Shown: piece after piece, positions 1-13,800 of the stretch
Layout of the letters: every line of letters begins with the position of its first letter
Position numbering within the stretch: the stretch's first letter is position 1
Assembly (NCBI GenBank): GCA_964247055.1
Contig: OZ176057.1
Coordinates: 868,001-932,000 of the forward strand
From: Paragordius varius
Lineage: Eukaryota; Animalia; Nematomorpha
DNA: 64,000 bases
Direction: 5' to 3'
Made by a program: the position numbers and the translations under genes
Notes under the pieces: generated by a model
Database searches by the model: none
Told to the model about the DNA's origin: nothing
The model's input: only the letters and a program-made list of their open reading frames with translations

Positions 1-3000
1 GACCTAATTCCAAAAATGGGCGAAGCTATTGTCGGGGCATTCATTAATGATTAAATTTTTTCGATGTTTGGATTTGATTGGGTTCACCGGTTTTCCGGAA
101 ACAGATCACAAAGTTATATGAAAAATCAGTTTTTAGCAGGTAGCTCCTTACCCAGCAGCTATCATCAAATAAACGGTAGACTAAAATTTTTGCCTTTTAA
201 CAGGGAATACGTGGAATCTTTATTGAATTTTTACGGTCTCATACCTAGGGCAAAAAATCGATTTAAAAAATTATTTTTGTGGACTTTGTTTTTTGAAAAA
301 GGTGGCATTTCACGGGGGGAGCGGGTAAAAAGAGGGCCTAAATCAAAAAAGTGGCTCGGCTATGTTCAGCGCAATCGAAAATAAGTAAACAAAAATCATA
401 TTTGAAATTGAATGGTCCAACACGTTCTCCAAAAAATTGACTTAACCCATTTTTCACACGGGGTGGGCCCAAACTGGGGACCTAATTCCAAAAATGGGCG
501 AAGCTATTGTCGGGGCATTCATTAATGATTAAATTTTTTCGATGTTTGGATTTGATTGGGTTCACCGGTTTTCCGGAAACAGATCACAAAGTTATATGAA
601 AAATCAGTTTTTAGCAGGTAGCTCCTTACCCAGCAGCTATCATCAAATAAACGGTAGACTAAAATTTTTGCCTTTTAACAGGGAATACGTGGAATCTTTA
701 TTGAATTTTTACGGTCTCATACCTAGGGCAAAAAATCGATTTAAAAAATTATTTTTGTGGACTTTGTTTTTTGAGAAAAATGGCATTTTACGGGGGGAGC
801 GGGTAAAAAGAGGGCCTAAATCAAAAAAGTGACTCGACTATGTTCGGCGCAATCGAAAATAAGTAAAGAAAAATCATATTTGAAATTGAATGGTCCAACA
901 CGTTCTCCAAAAAATTGACTCCCATTTTTCACACGGGGTGGGCCCAAACTGGGGACCTAATTCCAAGAATGGGCGAAGCTATTGTCGGGGCATTCATTAA
1001 TGATTAAATTTTTTCGATGTTTGGATTTGATTGGGTTCACCGGTTTTCCGGAAACAGATCACAAAGTTATATGAAAAATCAGTTTTTAGCAGGTAGCTCC
1101 TTACCCAGCAGCTATCATCAAATAAACGGTAGACTAAAATTTTTGCCTTTTAACAGGGAATACGTGGAATCTTTATTGAATTTTTACGGTCTCATACCTA
1201 GGGCAAAAAATCGATTTAAAAAATTATTTTTGTGGACTTTGTTTTTTGAAAAAGGTGGCATTTCACGGGGGGAGCGGGTAAAAAGAGGGCCTAAATCAAA
1301 AAAGTGGCTCGGCTATGTTCAGCGCAATCGAAAATAAGTAAACAAAAATCATATTTGAAATTGAATGGTCCAACACGTTCTCCAAAAAATTGACTTAACC
1401 CATTTTTCACACGGGGTGGGCCCAAACTGGGGACCTAATTCCAAAAATGGGCGAAGCTATTGTCGGGGCATTCATTAATGATTAAATTTTTTCGATGTTT
1501 GGATTTGATTGGGTTCACCGGTTTTCCGGAAACAGATCACAAAGTTATATGAAAAATCAGTTTTTAGCAGGTAGCTCCTTACCCAGCAGCTATCATCAAA
1601 TAAACGGTAGACTAAAATTTTTGCCTTTTAACAGGGAATACGTGGAATCTTTATTGAATTTTTACGGTCTCATACCTAGGGCAAAAAATCGATTTAAAAA
1701 ATTATTTTTGTGGACTTTGTTTTTTGAGAAAAATGGCATTTTATAAGGGGGGAGCGGGTAAAAAGAGGGCCTAAATCAAAAAAGTGACTCGACTATGTTC
1801 GGCGCAATCGAAAATAAGTAAAGAAAAATCATATTTGAAATTGAATGGTCCAACACGTTCTCCAAAAAATTGACTTAACCCATTTTTCACACGGGGTGGG
1901 CCCAAACTGGGGACCTAATTCCAAGAATGGGCGAAGCTATTGTCGGGGCATTCATTAATGATTAAATTTTTTCGATGTTTGGATTTGATTGGGTTCACCG
2001 GTTTTCCGGAAACAGATCACAAAGTTATATGAAAAATCAGTTTTTAGCAGGTAGCTCCTTACCCAGCAGCTATCATCAAATAAACGGTAGACTAAAATTT
2101 TTGCCTTTTAACAGGGAATACGTGGAATCTTTATTGAATTTTTACGGTCTCATACCTAGGGCAAAAAATCGATTTAAAAAATTATTTTTGTGGACTTTGT
2201 TTTTTGAAAAAGGTGGCATTTCACGGGGGGAGCGGGTAAAAAGAGGGCCTAAATCAAAAAAGTGGCTAGGCTATGTTCAGCGCAATCGAAAATAAGTAAA
2301 GAAAAATCATATTTGAAATTGAATGGTCCAACACGTTCTCCAAAAAATTGACTTAACCCATTTTTCACACGGGGTGGGCCCAAACTGGGGACCTAATTCC
2401 AAGAATGGGCGAAGCTATTGTCGGGGCATTCATTAATGATTAAATTTTTTCGATGTTTGGATTTGATTGGGTTCACCGGTTTTCCGGAAACAGATCACAA
2501 AGTTATATGAAAAATCAGTTTTTAGCAGGTAGCTCCTTACCCAGCAGCTATCATCAAATAAACGGTAGACTAAAATTTTTGCCTTTTAACAGGGAATACG
2601 TGGAATCTTTATTGAATTTTTACGGTCTCATACCTAGGGCAAAAAATCGATTTAAAAAATTATTTTTGTGGACTTTGTTTTTTGAAAAAGGTGGCATTTC
2701 ACGGGGGGAGCGGGTAAAAAGAGGGCCTAAATCAAAAAAGTGGCTAGGCTATGTTCAGCGCAATCGAAAATAAGTAAACAAAAATCATATTTGAAATTGA
2801 ATGGTCCAACACGTTCTCCAAAAAATTGACTTAACCCATTTTTCACACGGGGTGGGCCCAAACTGGGGACCTAATTCCAAAAATGGGCGAAGCTATTGTC
2901 GGGGCATTCATTAATGATTAAATTTTTTCGATGTTTGGATTTGATTGGGTTCACCGGTTTTCCGGAAACAGATCACAAAGTTATATGAAAAATCAGTTTT

Positions 3001-4095
3001 TAGCAGGTAGCTCCTTACCCAGCAGCTATCATCAAATAAACGGTAGACTAAAATTTTTGCCTTTTAACAGGGAATACGTGGAATCTTTATCGAATTTTTA
3101 CGGTCTCATACCTAGGGCAAAAAATCGATTTAAAAAATTATTTTTGTGGACTTTGTTTTTTGAAAAAGGTGGCATTTCACGGGGGGAGCGGGTAAAAAGA
3201 GGGCCTAAATCAAAAAAGTGGCTCGGCTATGTTCAGCGCAATCGAAAATAAGTAAACAAAAATCATATTTGAAATTGAATGGTCCAACACGTTCTCCAAA
3301 AAATTGACTTAACCCATTTTTCACACGGGGTGGGCCCAAACTGGGGACCTAATTCCAAAAATGGGCGAAGCTATTGTCGGGGCATTCATTAATGATTAAA
3401 TTTTTTCGATGTTTGGATTTGATTGGGTTCACCGGTTTTCCGGAAACAGATCACAAAGTTATATGAAAAATCAGTTTTTAGCAGGTAGCTCCTTACCCAG
3501 CAGCTATCATCAAATAAACGGTAGACTAAAATTTTTGCCTTTTAACAGGGAATACGTGGAATCTTTATTGAATTTTTACGGTCTCATACCTAGGGCGAAA
3601 AATCGATTTACAAAATTATTTTTGTGGACTTTGTTTTTTGAAAAAGGTGGCATTTCACGGGCGGAGCGGGTAAAAAGAGGGCCTAAATCAAAAAAGTGGC
3701 TCGGCTATGTTCAGCGCAATCGAAAATAAGTAAACAAAAATCATATTTGAAATTGAATGGTCCAACACGTTCTCCAAAAAATTGACTTAACCCATTTTTC
3801 ATACGGGGTGGGCCCAAACTGGGGACCTAATTCCAAAAATGGGCGAAGCTATTGTCGTGCATTCATTAATGATTAAATTTTTTCGATGTTTGGATTTGAT
3901 TGGGTTCACCGGTTTTCCGGAAACAGATCACAAAGTTATATGAAAAATCAGTTTTTAGCAGGTAGTCCCTTACCCAGCAGCTATCATCAAATAAACGGTA
4001 GACTAAAATTTTTGCCTTTTAACAGGGAATACGTGGAATCTTTATTGAATTTTTACGGTCTCATACCTAGGGCGAAAAATCGATTTACAAAATTA

Positions 4096-4640
4096 TTTTT
4101 GTGGACTTTGTTTTTTGAAAAAGGTGGCATTTCACGGGCGGAGCGGGTAAAAAGAGGGCCTAAATCAAAAAAGTGGCTCGGCTATGTTCAGCGCAATCGA
4201 AAATAAGTAAACAAAAATCATATTTAAAATTGAATGGCCCAACACGTTCTCCGGAAAATTGTCTCAAAGACACGATTTTTGTGGACTTTGTTTTTTTTTG
4301 AGAAAATAGGCATTTTACGGGGGGAGCGGGTAAAAAGAGGGCCTAAATCAAAAAAGTGACTCGACTATGTTCGGCGCAATCGAAAATAAGTAAACAAAAA
4401 TCATATTTGAAATTGAATGGTCCAACACGTTCTCCAAAAAATTGTCTCAAAGACACGATTTTTGTGGACTTTGTTTTTTTTGAGAAAAATGGCATTTTAC
4501 GGGGGGAGCGGGTAAAAAGAGGGCCTAAATCAAAAAAGTGACTCGACTATGTTCGGCGCAATCGAAAATAAGTAAACAAAAATCATATTTGAAATTGAAT
4601 GGTCCAACACGTTCTCCAAAAAATTGACTTAACCCATTTT
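4096..4640. repeat. Tandem triplication of a ~182-bp satellite sub-module (also at ~23413-23960, and duplicated again near 24250-24600)
   Basis: tttttgtggactt recurs at 4096, 4276 and 4459. Monomer spacings of 842 (477+2x182) and 659 (477+182). Confidence 0.88.
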
Positions 4641-4664
4641 TCATACGGGGTGGGCCCAAACTGG

Positions 4665-7600
4665 GGACCTAATTCCAAAAATGGGCGAAGCTATTGTCGT
4701 GCATTCATTAATGATTAAATTTTTTCGATGTTTGGATTTGATTGGGTTCACCGGTTTTCCGGAAACAGATCACAAAGTTATATGAAAAATCAGTTTTTAG
4801 CAGGTAGTCCCTTACCCAGCAGCTATCATCAAATAAACGGTAGACTAAAATTTTTGCCTTTTAACAGGGAATACGTGGAATCTTTATTGAATTTTTACGG
4901 TCTCATACCTAGAGCGAAAAATCGATTTACAAAATTATTTTTGTGGACTTTGTTTTTTGAAAAAGGTGGCATTTCACGGGCGGAGCGGGTAAAAAGAGGG
5001 CCTAAATCAAAAAAGTGGCTCGGCTATGTTCAGCGCAATCGAAAATAAGTAAACAAAAATCATATTTAAAATTGAATGGCCCAACACGTTCTCCGGAAAA
5101 TTGTCTCAAAGACACGATTTTTGTGGACTTCTGTTTTCAAAAAAAACCCGTTTTTCATACGGGGTGGGCCCGAACTGGGGGCCTATTTCAAAAAAAGGGC
5201 GAAGCTATTGTCGGGGCATTCATTAATGATTATATTTTTTCGATATTTGGATTTGATTGAGTCTACCGGTTTTCCTGTACCAGATCACAAAGCCAGCATT
5301 TTCCATTTTTATAAATATATAGATTACCATAAATAATGTATTAATATCCATATATCTTTTAACATGCTATACATATGATAGATACTCCTTACTCAGCATC
5401 TATCATCAAAGAAACGCTTGACTAAAATTTTTGCCTTTTAACAGGCAATACAAAAAATCTTTCTCGAATTTTTACAGTCTCATACCGTGGGCAAAAAAAT
5501 ACAATCAAAAAAATATTTTTGTGGACTTTGTTTTTTTTTTGAGAAAAATGGCATTTCACGGGGGGAGCGGGTAAAAAGAGGGCCTAATTCAAAAAAGTGA
5601 CTCGACTATGTTCGGTGCAATCGAAAATAAGTAAACAAAAATCATATTTGAAATTGAATGGTCCAACACGTTCTCCAAAAAATTGACTTAACCCATTTTT
5701 CACACGGGGTGGGCCCAAACTGGGGACCTAATTCCAAAAATGGGCGAAGCTATTGTCGGGGCATTCATTAATGATTAAATTTTTTCGATGTTTGGATTTG
5801 ATTGGGTTCACCGGTTTTCCGGAAACAGATCACAAAGTTATATGAAAAATCAGTTTTTAGCAGGTAGCTCCTTACCCAGCAGCTATCATCAAATAAACGG
5901 TAGACTAAAATTTTTGCCTTTTAACAGGGAATACGTGGAATCTTTATTGAATTTTTACGGTCTCATACCTAGAGCGAAAAATCGATTTACAAAATTATTT
6001 TTGTGGACTTTGTTTTTTGAAAAAGGTGGCATTTCACGGGCGGAGCGGGTAAAAAGAGGGCCTAAATCAAAAAAGTGGCTCGGCTATGTTCAGCGCAATC
6101 GAAAATAAGTAAACAAAAATCATATTTAAAATTGAATGGCCCAACACGTTCTCCGGAAAATTGTCTCAAAGACACGATTTTTGTGGACTTCTGTTTTCAA
6201 AAAAAACCCGTTTTTCATACGGGGTGGGCCCGAACTGGGGGCCTATTTCAAAAAAAGGGCGAAGCTATTGTCGGGGCATTCATTAATGATTATATTTTTT
6301 CGATATTTGGATTTGATTGAGTCTACCGGTTTTCCTGTACCAGATCACAAAGCCAGCATTTTCCATTTTTATAAATATATAGATTACCATAAATAATGTA
6401 TTAATATCCATATATCTTTTAACATGCTATACATATGATAGATACTCCTTACTCAGCATCTATCATCAAAGAAACGCTTGACTAAAATTTTTGCCTTTTA
6501 ACAGGCAATACAAAAAATCTTTCTCGAATTTTTACAGTCTCATACCGTGGGCAAAAAAATACAATCAAAAAAATATTTTTGTGGACTTTGTTTTTTTTTT
6601 GAGAAAAATGGCATTTCACGGGGGGAGCGGGTAAAAAGAGGGCCTAATTCAAAAAAGTGACTCGACTATGTTCGGCGCAATCGAAAATAAGTAAACAAAA
6701 ATCATATTTGAAATTGAATGGTCCAACACGTTCTCCAAAAAATTGACTTAACCCATTTTTCACACGGGGTGGGCCCAAACTGGGGACCTAATTCCAAAAA
6801 TGGGCGAAGCTATTGTCGGGGCATTCATTAATGATTAAATTTTTTCGATGTTTGGATTTGATTGGGTTCACCGGTTTTCCGGAAACAGATCACAAAGTTA
6901 TATGAAAAATCAGTTTTTAGCAGGTAGCTCCTTACCCAGCAGCTATCATCAAATAAACGGTAGACTAAAATTTTTGCCTTTTAACAGGGAATACGTGGAA
7001 TCTTTATTGAATTTTTACGGTCTCATACCTAGAGCGAAAAATCGATTTACAAAATTATTTTTGTGGACTTTGTTTTTTGAAAAAGGTGGCATTTCACGGG
7101 CGGAGCGGGTAAAAAGAGGGCCTAAATCAAAAAAGTGGCTCGGCTATGTTCAGCGCAATCGAAAATAAGTAAACAAAAATCATATTTAAAATTGAATGGC
7201 CCAACACGTTCTCCGGAAAATTGTCTCAAAGACACGATTTTTGTGGACTTCTGTTTTCAAAAAAAACCCGTTTTTCATACGGGGTGGGCCCGAACTGGGG
7301 GCCTATTTCAAAAAAAGGGCGAAGCTATTGTCGGGGCATTCATTAATGATTATATTTTTTCGATATTTGGATTTGATTGAGTCTACCGGTTTTCCTGTAC
7401 CAGATCACAAAGCCAGCATTTTCCATTTTTATAAATATATAGATTACCATAAATAATGTATTAATATCCATATATCTTTTAACATGCTATACATATGATA
7501 GATACTCCTTACTCAGCATCTATCATCAAAGAAACGCTTGACTAAAATTTTTGCCTTTTAACAGGCAATACAAAAAATCTTTCTCGAATTTTTACAGTCT

Positions 7601-7845
7601 CATACCGTGGGCAAAAAAATACAATCAAAAAAATATTTTTGTGGACTTTGTTTTTTTTTTTTGAGAAAAATGGCATTTCACGGGGGGAGCGGGTAAAAAG
7701 AGGGCTAATTCAAAAAAGTGACTCGACTATGTTCGGCGCAATCGAAAATAAGTAAACAAAAATCATATTTGAAATTGAATGGTCCAACACGTTCTCCAAA
7801 AAATTGACTTAACCCATTTTTCACACGGGGTGGGCCCAAACTGGG
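4665..7845. repeat. 1060-bp higher-order repeat, 3 units (478-bp monomer + diverged ~582-bp long monomer)
   Basis: ORF starts 4728, 5788, 6848, 7909 (1060-1061 spacing). Each unit contains the diverged monomer with an AT-rich insert (e.g. 5293-5384). Confidence 0.93.
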
Positions 7846-10800
7846 GACCTAATTCCAAAAATGGGCGAAGCTATTGTCGGGGCATTCATTAATGATTAAA
7901 TTTTTTCGATGTTTGGATTTGATTGGGTTCACCGGTTTTCCGGAAACAGATCACAAAGTTATATGAAAAATCAGTTTTTAGCAGGTAGCTCCTTACCCAG
8001 CAGCTATCATCAAATAAACGGTAGACTAAAATTTTTGCCTTTTAACAGGGAATACGTGGAATCTTTATTGAATTTTTACGGTCTCATACCTAGGGCAAAA
8101 AATCGATTTAAAAAATTATTTTTGTGGACTTTGTTTTTTGAAAAAGGTGGCATTTCACGGGGGGAGCGGGTAAAAAGAGGGCCTAAATCAAAAAAGTGGC
8201 TCGGCTATGTTCAGCGCAATCGAAAATAAGTAAACAAAAATCATATTTGAAATTGAATGGTCCAACACGTTCTCCAAAAAATTGACTTAACCCATTTTTC
8301 ACACGGGGTGGGCCCAAACTGGGGACCTAATTCCAAAAATGGGCGAAGCTATTGTCGGGGCATTCATTAATGATTAAATTTTTTCGATGTTTGGATTTGA
8401 TTGGGTTCACCGGTTTTCCGGAAACAGATCACAAAGTTATATGAAAAATCAGTTTTTAGCAGGTAGCTCCTTACCCAGCAGCTATCATCAAATAAACGGT
8501 AGACTAAAATTTTTGCCTTTTAACAGGGAATACGTGGAATCTTTATTGAATTTTTACGGTCTCATACCTAGGGCGAAAAATCGATTTACAAAATATTTTT
8601 GTGGACTTTGTTTTTTGAGAAAAATGGCATTTTACGGGGGGAGCGGGTAAAAAGAGGGCCTAAATCAAAAAAGTGACTCGACTATGTTCGGCGCAATCGA
8701 AAATAAGTAAAGAAAAATCATATTTGAAATTGAATGGTCCAACACGTTCTCCAAAAAATTGACTTAACCCATTTTTCACACGGGGTGGGCCCAAACTGGG
8801 GACCTAATTCCAAGAATGGGCGAAGCTATTGTCGGGGCATTCATTAATGATTAAATTTTTTCGATGTTTGGATTTGATTGGGTTCACCGGTTTTCCGGAA
8901 ACAGATCACAAAGTTATATGAAAAATCAGTTTTTAGCAGGTAGCTCCTTACCCAGCAGCTATCATCAAATAAACGGTAGACTAAAATTTTTGCCTTTTAA
9001 CAGGGAATACGTGGAATCTTTATTGAATTTTTACGGTCTCATACCTAGGGCAAAAAATCGATTTAAAAAATTATTTTTGTGGACTTTGTTTTTTGAAAAA
9101 GGTGGCATTTCACGGGGGGAGCGGGTAAAAAGAGGGCCTAAATCAAAAAAGTGGCTCGGCTATGTTCAGCGCAATCGAAAATAAGTAAACAAAAATCATA
9201 TTTGAAATTGAATGGTCCAACACGTTCTCCAAAAAATTGACTTAACCCATTTTTCACACGGGGTGGGCCCAAACTGGGGACCTAATTCCAAGAATGGGCG
9301 AAGCTATTGTCGGGGCATTCATTAATGATTAAATTTTTTCGATGTTTGGATTTGATTGGGTTCACCGGTTTTCCGGAAACAGATCACAAAGTTATATGAA
9401 AAATCAGTTTTTAGCAGGTAGCTCCTTACCCAGCAGCTATCATCAAATAAACGGTAGACTAAAATTTTTGCCTTTTAACAGGGAATACGTGGAATCTTTA
9501 TTGAATTTTTACGGTCTCATACCTAGGGCAAAAAATCGATTTAAAAAATTATTTTTGTGGACTTTGTTTTTTGAGAAAAATGGCATTTTACGGGGGGAGC
9601 GGGTAAAAAGAGGGCCTAAATCAAAAAAGTGACTCGACTATGTTCGGCGCAATCGAAAATAAGTAAAGAAAAATCATATTTGAAATTGAATGGTCCAACA
9701 CGTTCTCCAAAAAATTGACTTAACCCATTTTTCACACGGGGTGGGCCCAAACTGGGGACCTAATTCCAAGAATGGGCGAAGCTATTGTCGGGGCATTCAT
9801 TAATGATTAAATTTTTTCGATGTTTGGATTTGATTGGGTTCACCGGTTTTCCGGAAACAGATCACAAAGTTATATGAAAAATCAGTTTTTAGCAGGTAGC
9901 TCCTTACCCAGCAGCTATCATCAAATAAACGGTAGACTAAAATTTTTGCCTTTTAACAGGGAATACGTGGAATCTTTATTGAATTTTTACGGTCTCATAC
10001 CTAGGGCAAAAAATCGATTTAAAAAATTATTTTTGTGGACTTTGTTTTTTGAAAAAGGTGGCATTTCACGGGGGGAGCGGGTAAAAAGAGGGCCTAAATC
10101 AAAAAAGTGGCTCGGCTATGTTCAGCGCAATCGAAAATAAGTAAACAAAATTCATATTTGAAATTGAATGGTCCAACACGTTCTCCAAAAAATTGACTTA
10201 ACCCATTTTTCACACGGGGTGGGCCCAAACTGGGGACCTAATTCCAAAAATGGGCGAAGCTATTGTCGGGGCATTCATTAATGATTAAATTTTTTCGATG
10301 TTTGGATTTGATTGGGTTCACCGGTTTTCCGGAAACAGATCACAAAGTTATATGAAAAATCAGTTTTTAGCAGGTAGCTCCTTACCCAGCAGCTATCATC
10401 AAATAAACGGTAGACTAAAATTTTTGCCTTTTAACAGGGAATACGTGGAATCTTTATTGAATTTTTACGGTCTCATACCTAGGGCAAAAAATCGATTTAA
10501 AAAATTATTTTTGTGGACTTTGTTTTTTGAGAAAAATGGCATTTTACGGGGGGAGCGGGTAAAAAGAGGGCCTAAATCAAAAAAGTGACTCGACTATGTT
10601 CGGCGCAATCGAAAATAAGTAAAGAAAAATCATATTTGAAATTGAATGGTCCAACACGTTCTCCAAAAAATTGACTTAACCCATTTTTCACACGGGGTGG
10701 GCCCAAACTGGGGACCTAATTCCAAGAATGGGCGAAGCTATTGTCGGGGCATTCATTAATGATTAAATTTTTTCGATGTTTGGATTTGATTGGGTTCACC

Positions 10801-13800
10801 GGTTTTCCGGAAACAGATCACAAAGTTATATGAAAAATCAGTTTTTAGCAGGTAGCTCCTTACCCAGCAGCTATCATCAAATAAACGGTAGACTAAAATT
10901 TTTGCCTTTTAACAGGGAATACGTGGAATCTTTATTGAATTTTTACGGTCTCATACCTAGGGCAAAAAATCGATTTAAAAAATTATTTTTGTGGACTTTG
11001 TTTTTTGAAAAAGGTGGCATTTCACGGGGGGAGCGGGTAAAAAGAGGGCCTAAATCAAAAAAGTGGCTAGGCTATGTTCAGCGCAATCGAAAATAAGTAA
11101 ACAAAAATCATATTTGAAATTGAATGGTCCAACACGTTCTCCAAAAAATTGACTTAACCCATTTTTCACACGGGGTGGGCCCAAACTGGGGACCTAATTC
11201 CAAAAATGGGCGAAGCTATTGTCGGGGCATTCATTAATGATTAAATTTTTTCGATGTTTGGATTTGATTGGGTTCACCGGTTTTCCGGAAACAGATCACA
11301 AAGTTATATGAAAAATCAGTTTTTAGCAGGTAGCTCCTTACCCAGCAGCTATCATCAAATAAACGGTAGACTAAAATTTTTGCCTTTTAACAGGGAATAC
11401 GTGGAATCTTTATCGAATTTTTACGGTCTCATACCTAGGGCAAAAAATCGATTTAAAAAATTATTTTTGTGGACTTTGTTTTTTGAAAAAGGTGGCATTT
11501 CACGGGGGGAGCGGGTAAAAAGAGGGCCTAAATCAAAAAAGTGGCTCGGCTATGTTCAGCGCAATCGAAAATAAGTAAACAAAAATCATATTTGAAATTG
11601 AATGGTCCAACACGTTCTCCAAAAAATTGACTTAACCCATTTTTCACACGGGGTGGGCCCAAACTGGGGACCTAATTCCAAAAATGGGCGAAGCTATTGT
11701 CGGGGCATTCATTAATGATTAAATTTTTTCGATGTTTGGATTTGATTGGGTTCACCGGTTTTCCGGAAACAGATCACAAAGTTATATGAAAAATCAGTTT
11801 TTAGCAGGTAGCTCCTTACCCAGCAGCTATCATCAAATAAACGGTAGACTAAAATTTTTGCCTTTTAACAGGAAATACGTGGAATCTTTATTGAATTTTT
11901 ACGGTCTCATACCTAGGGCGAAAAATCGATTTACAAAATTATTTTTGTGGACTTTGTTTTTTGAGAAAAATGGCATTTTACGGGGGGAGCGGGTAAAAAG
12001 AGGGCCTAAATCAAAAAAGTGACTCGACTATGTTCGGCGCAATCGAAAATAAGTAAAGAAAAATCATATTTGAAATTGAATGGTCCAACACGTTCTCCAA
12101 AAAATTGACTTAACCCATTTTTCACACGGGGTGGGCCCAAACTGGGGACCTAATTCCAAGAATGGGCGAAGCTATTGTCGGGGCATTCATTAATGATTAA
12201 ATTTTTTCGATGTTTGGATTTGATTGGGTTCACCGGTTTTCCGGAAACAGATCACAAAGTTATATGAAAAATCAGTTTTTAGCAGGTAGCTCCTTACCCA
12301 GCAGCTATCATCAAATAAACGGTAGACTAAAATTTTTGCCTTTTAACAGGGAATACGTGGAATCTTTATTGAATTTTTACGGTCTCATACCTAGGGCAAA
12401 AAATCGATTTAAAAAATTATTTTTGTGGACTTTGTTTTTTGAAAAAGGTGGCATTTCACGGGGGGAGCGGGTAAAAAGAGGGCCTAAATCAAAAAAGTGG
12501 CTCGGCTATGTTCAGCGCAATCGAAAATAAGTAAACAAAAATCATATTTGAAATTGAATGGTCCAACACGTTCTCCAAAAAATTGACTTAACCCATTTTT
12601 CACACGGGGTGGGCCCAAACTGGGGACCTAATTCCAAAAATGGGCGAAGCTATTGTCGGGGCATTCATTAATGATTAAATTTTTTCGATGTTTGGATTTG
12701 ATTGGGTTCACCGGTTTTCCGGAAACAGATCACAAAGTTATATGAAAAATCAGTTTTTAGCAGGTAGCTCCTTACCCAGCAGCTATCATCAAATAAACGG
12801 TAGACTAAAATTTTTGCCTTTTAACAGGGAATACGTGGAATCTTTATCGAATTTTTACGGTCTCATACCTAGGGCAAAAAATCGATTTAAAAAATTATTT
12901 TTGTGGACTTTGTTTTTTGAAAAAGGTGGCATTTCACGGGGGGAGCGGGTAAAAAGAGGGCCTAAATCAAAAAAGTGGCTAGGCTATGTTCAGCGCAATC
13001 GAAAATAAGTAAACAAAAATCATATTTGAAATTGAATGGTCCAACACGTTCTCCAAAAAATTGACTTAACCCATTTTTCACACGGGGTGGGCCCAAACTG
13101 GGGACCTAATTCCAAAAATGGGCGAAGCTATTGTCGGGGCATTCATTAATGATTAAATTTTTTCGATGTTTGGATTTGATTGGGTTCACCGGTTTTCCGG
13201 AAACAGATCACAAAGTTATATGAAAAATCAGTTTTTAGCAGGTAGCTCCTTACCCAGCAGCTATCATCAAATAAACGGTAGACTAAAATTTTTGCCTTTT
13301 AACAGGGAATACGTGGAATCTTTATCGAATTTTTACGGTCTCATACCTAGGGCAAAAAATCGATTTAAAAAATTATTTTTGTGGACTTTGTTTTTTGAAA
13401 AAGGTGGCATTTCACGGGGGGAGCGGGTAAAAAGAGGGCCTAAATCAAAAAAGTGGCTCGGCTATGTTCAGCGCAATCGAAAATAAGTAAACAAAAATCA
13501 TATTTGAAATTGAATGGTCCAACACGTTCTCCAAAAAATTGACTTAACCCATTTTTCACACGGGGTGGGCCCAAACTGGGGACCTAATTCCAAAAATGGG
13601 CGAAGCTATTGTCGGGGCATTCATTAATGATTAAATTTTTTCGATGTTTGGATTTGATTGGGTTCACCGGTTTTCCGGAAACAGATCACAAAGTTATATG
13701 AAAAATCAGTTTTTAGCAGGTAGCTCCTTACCCAGCAGCTATCATCAAATAAACGGTAGACTAAAATTTTTGCCTTTTAACAGGGAATACGTGGAATCTT

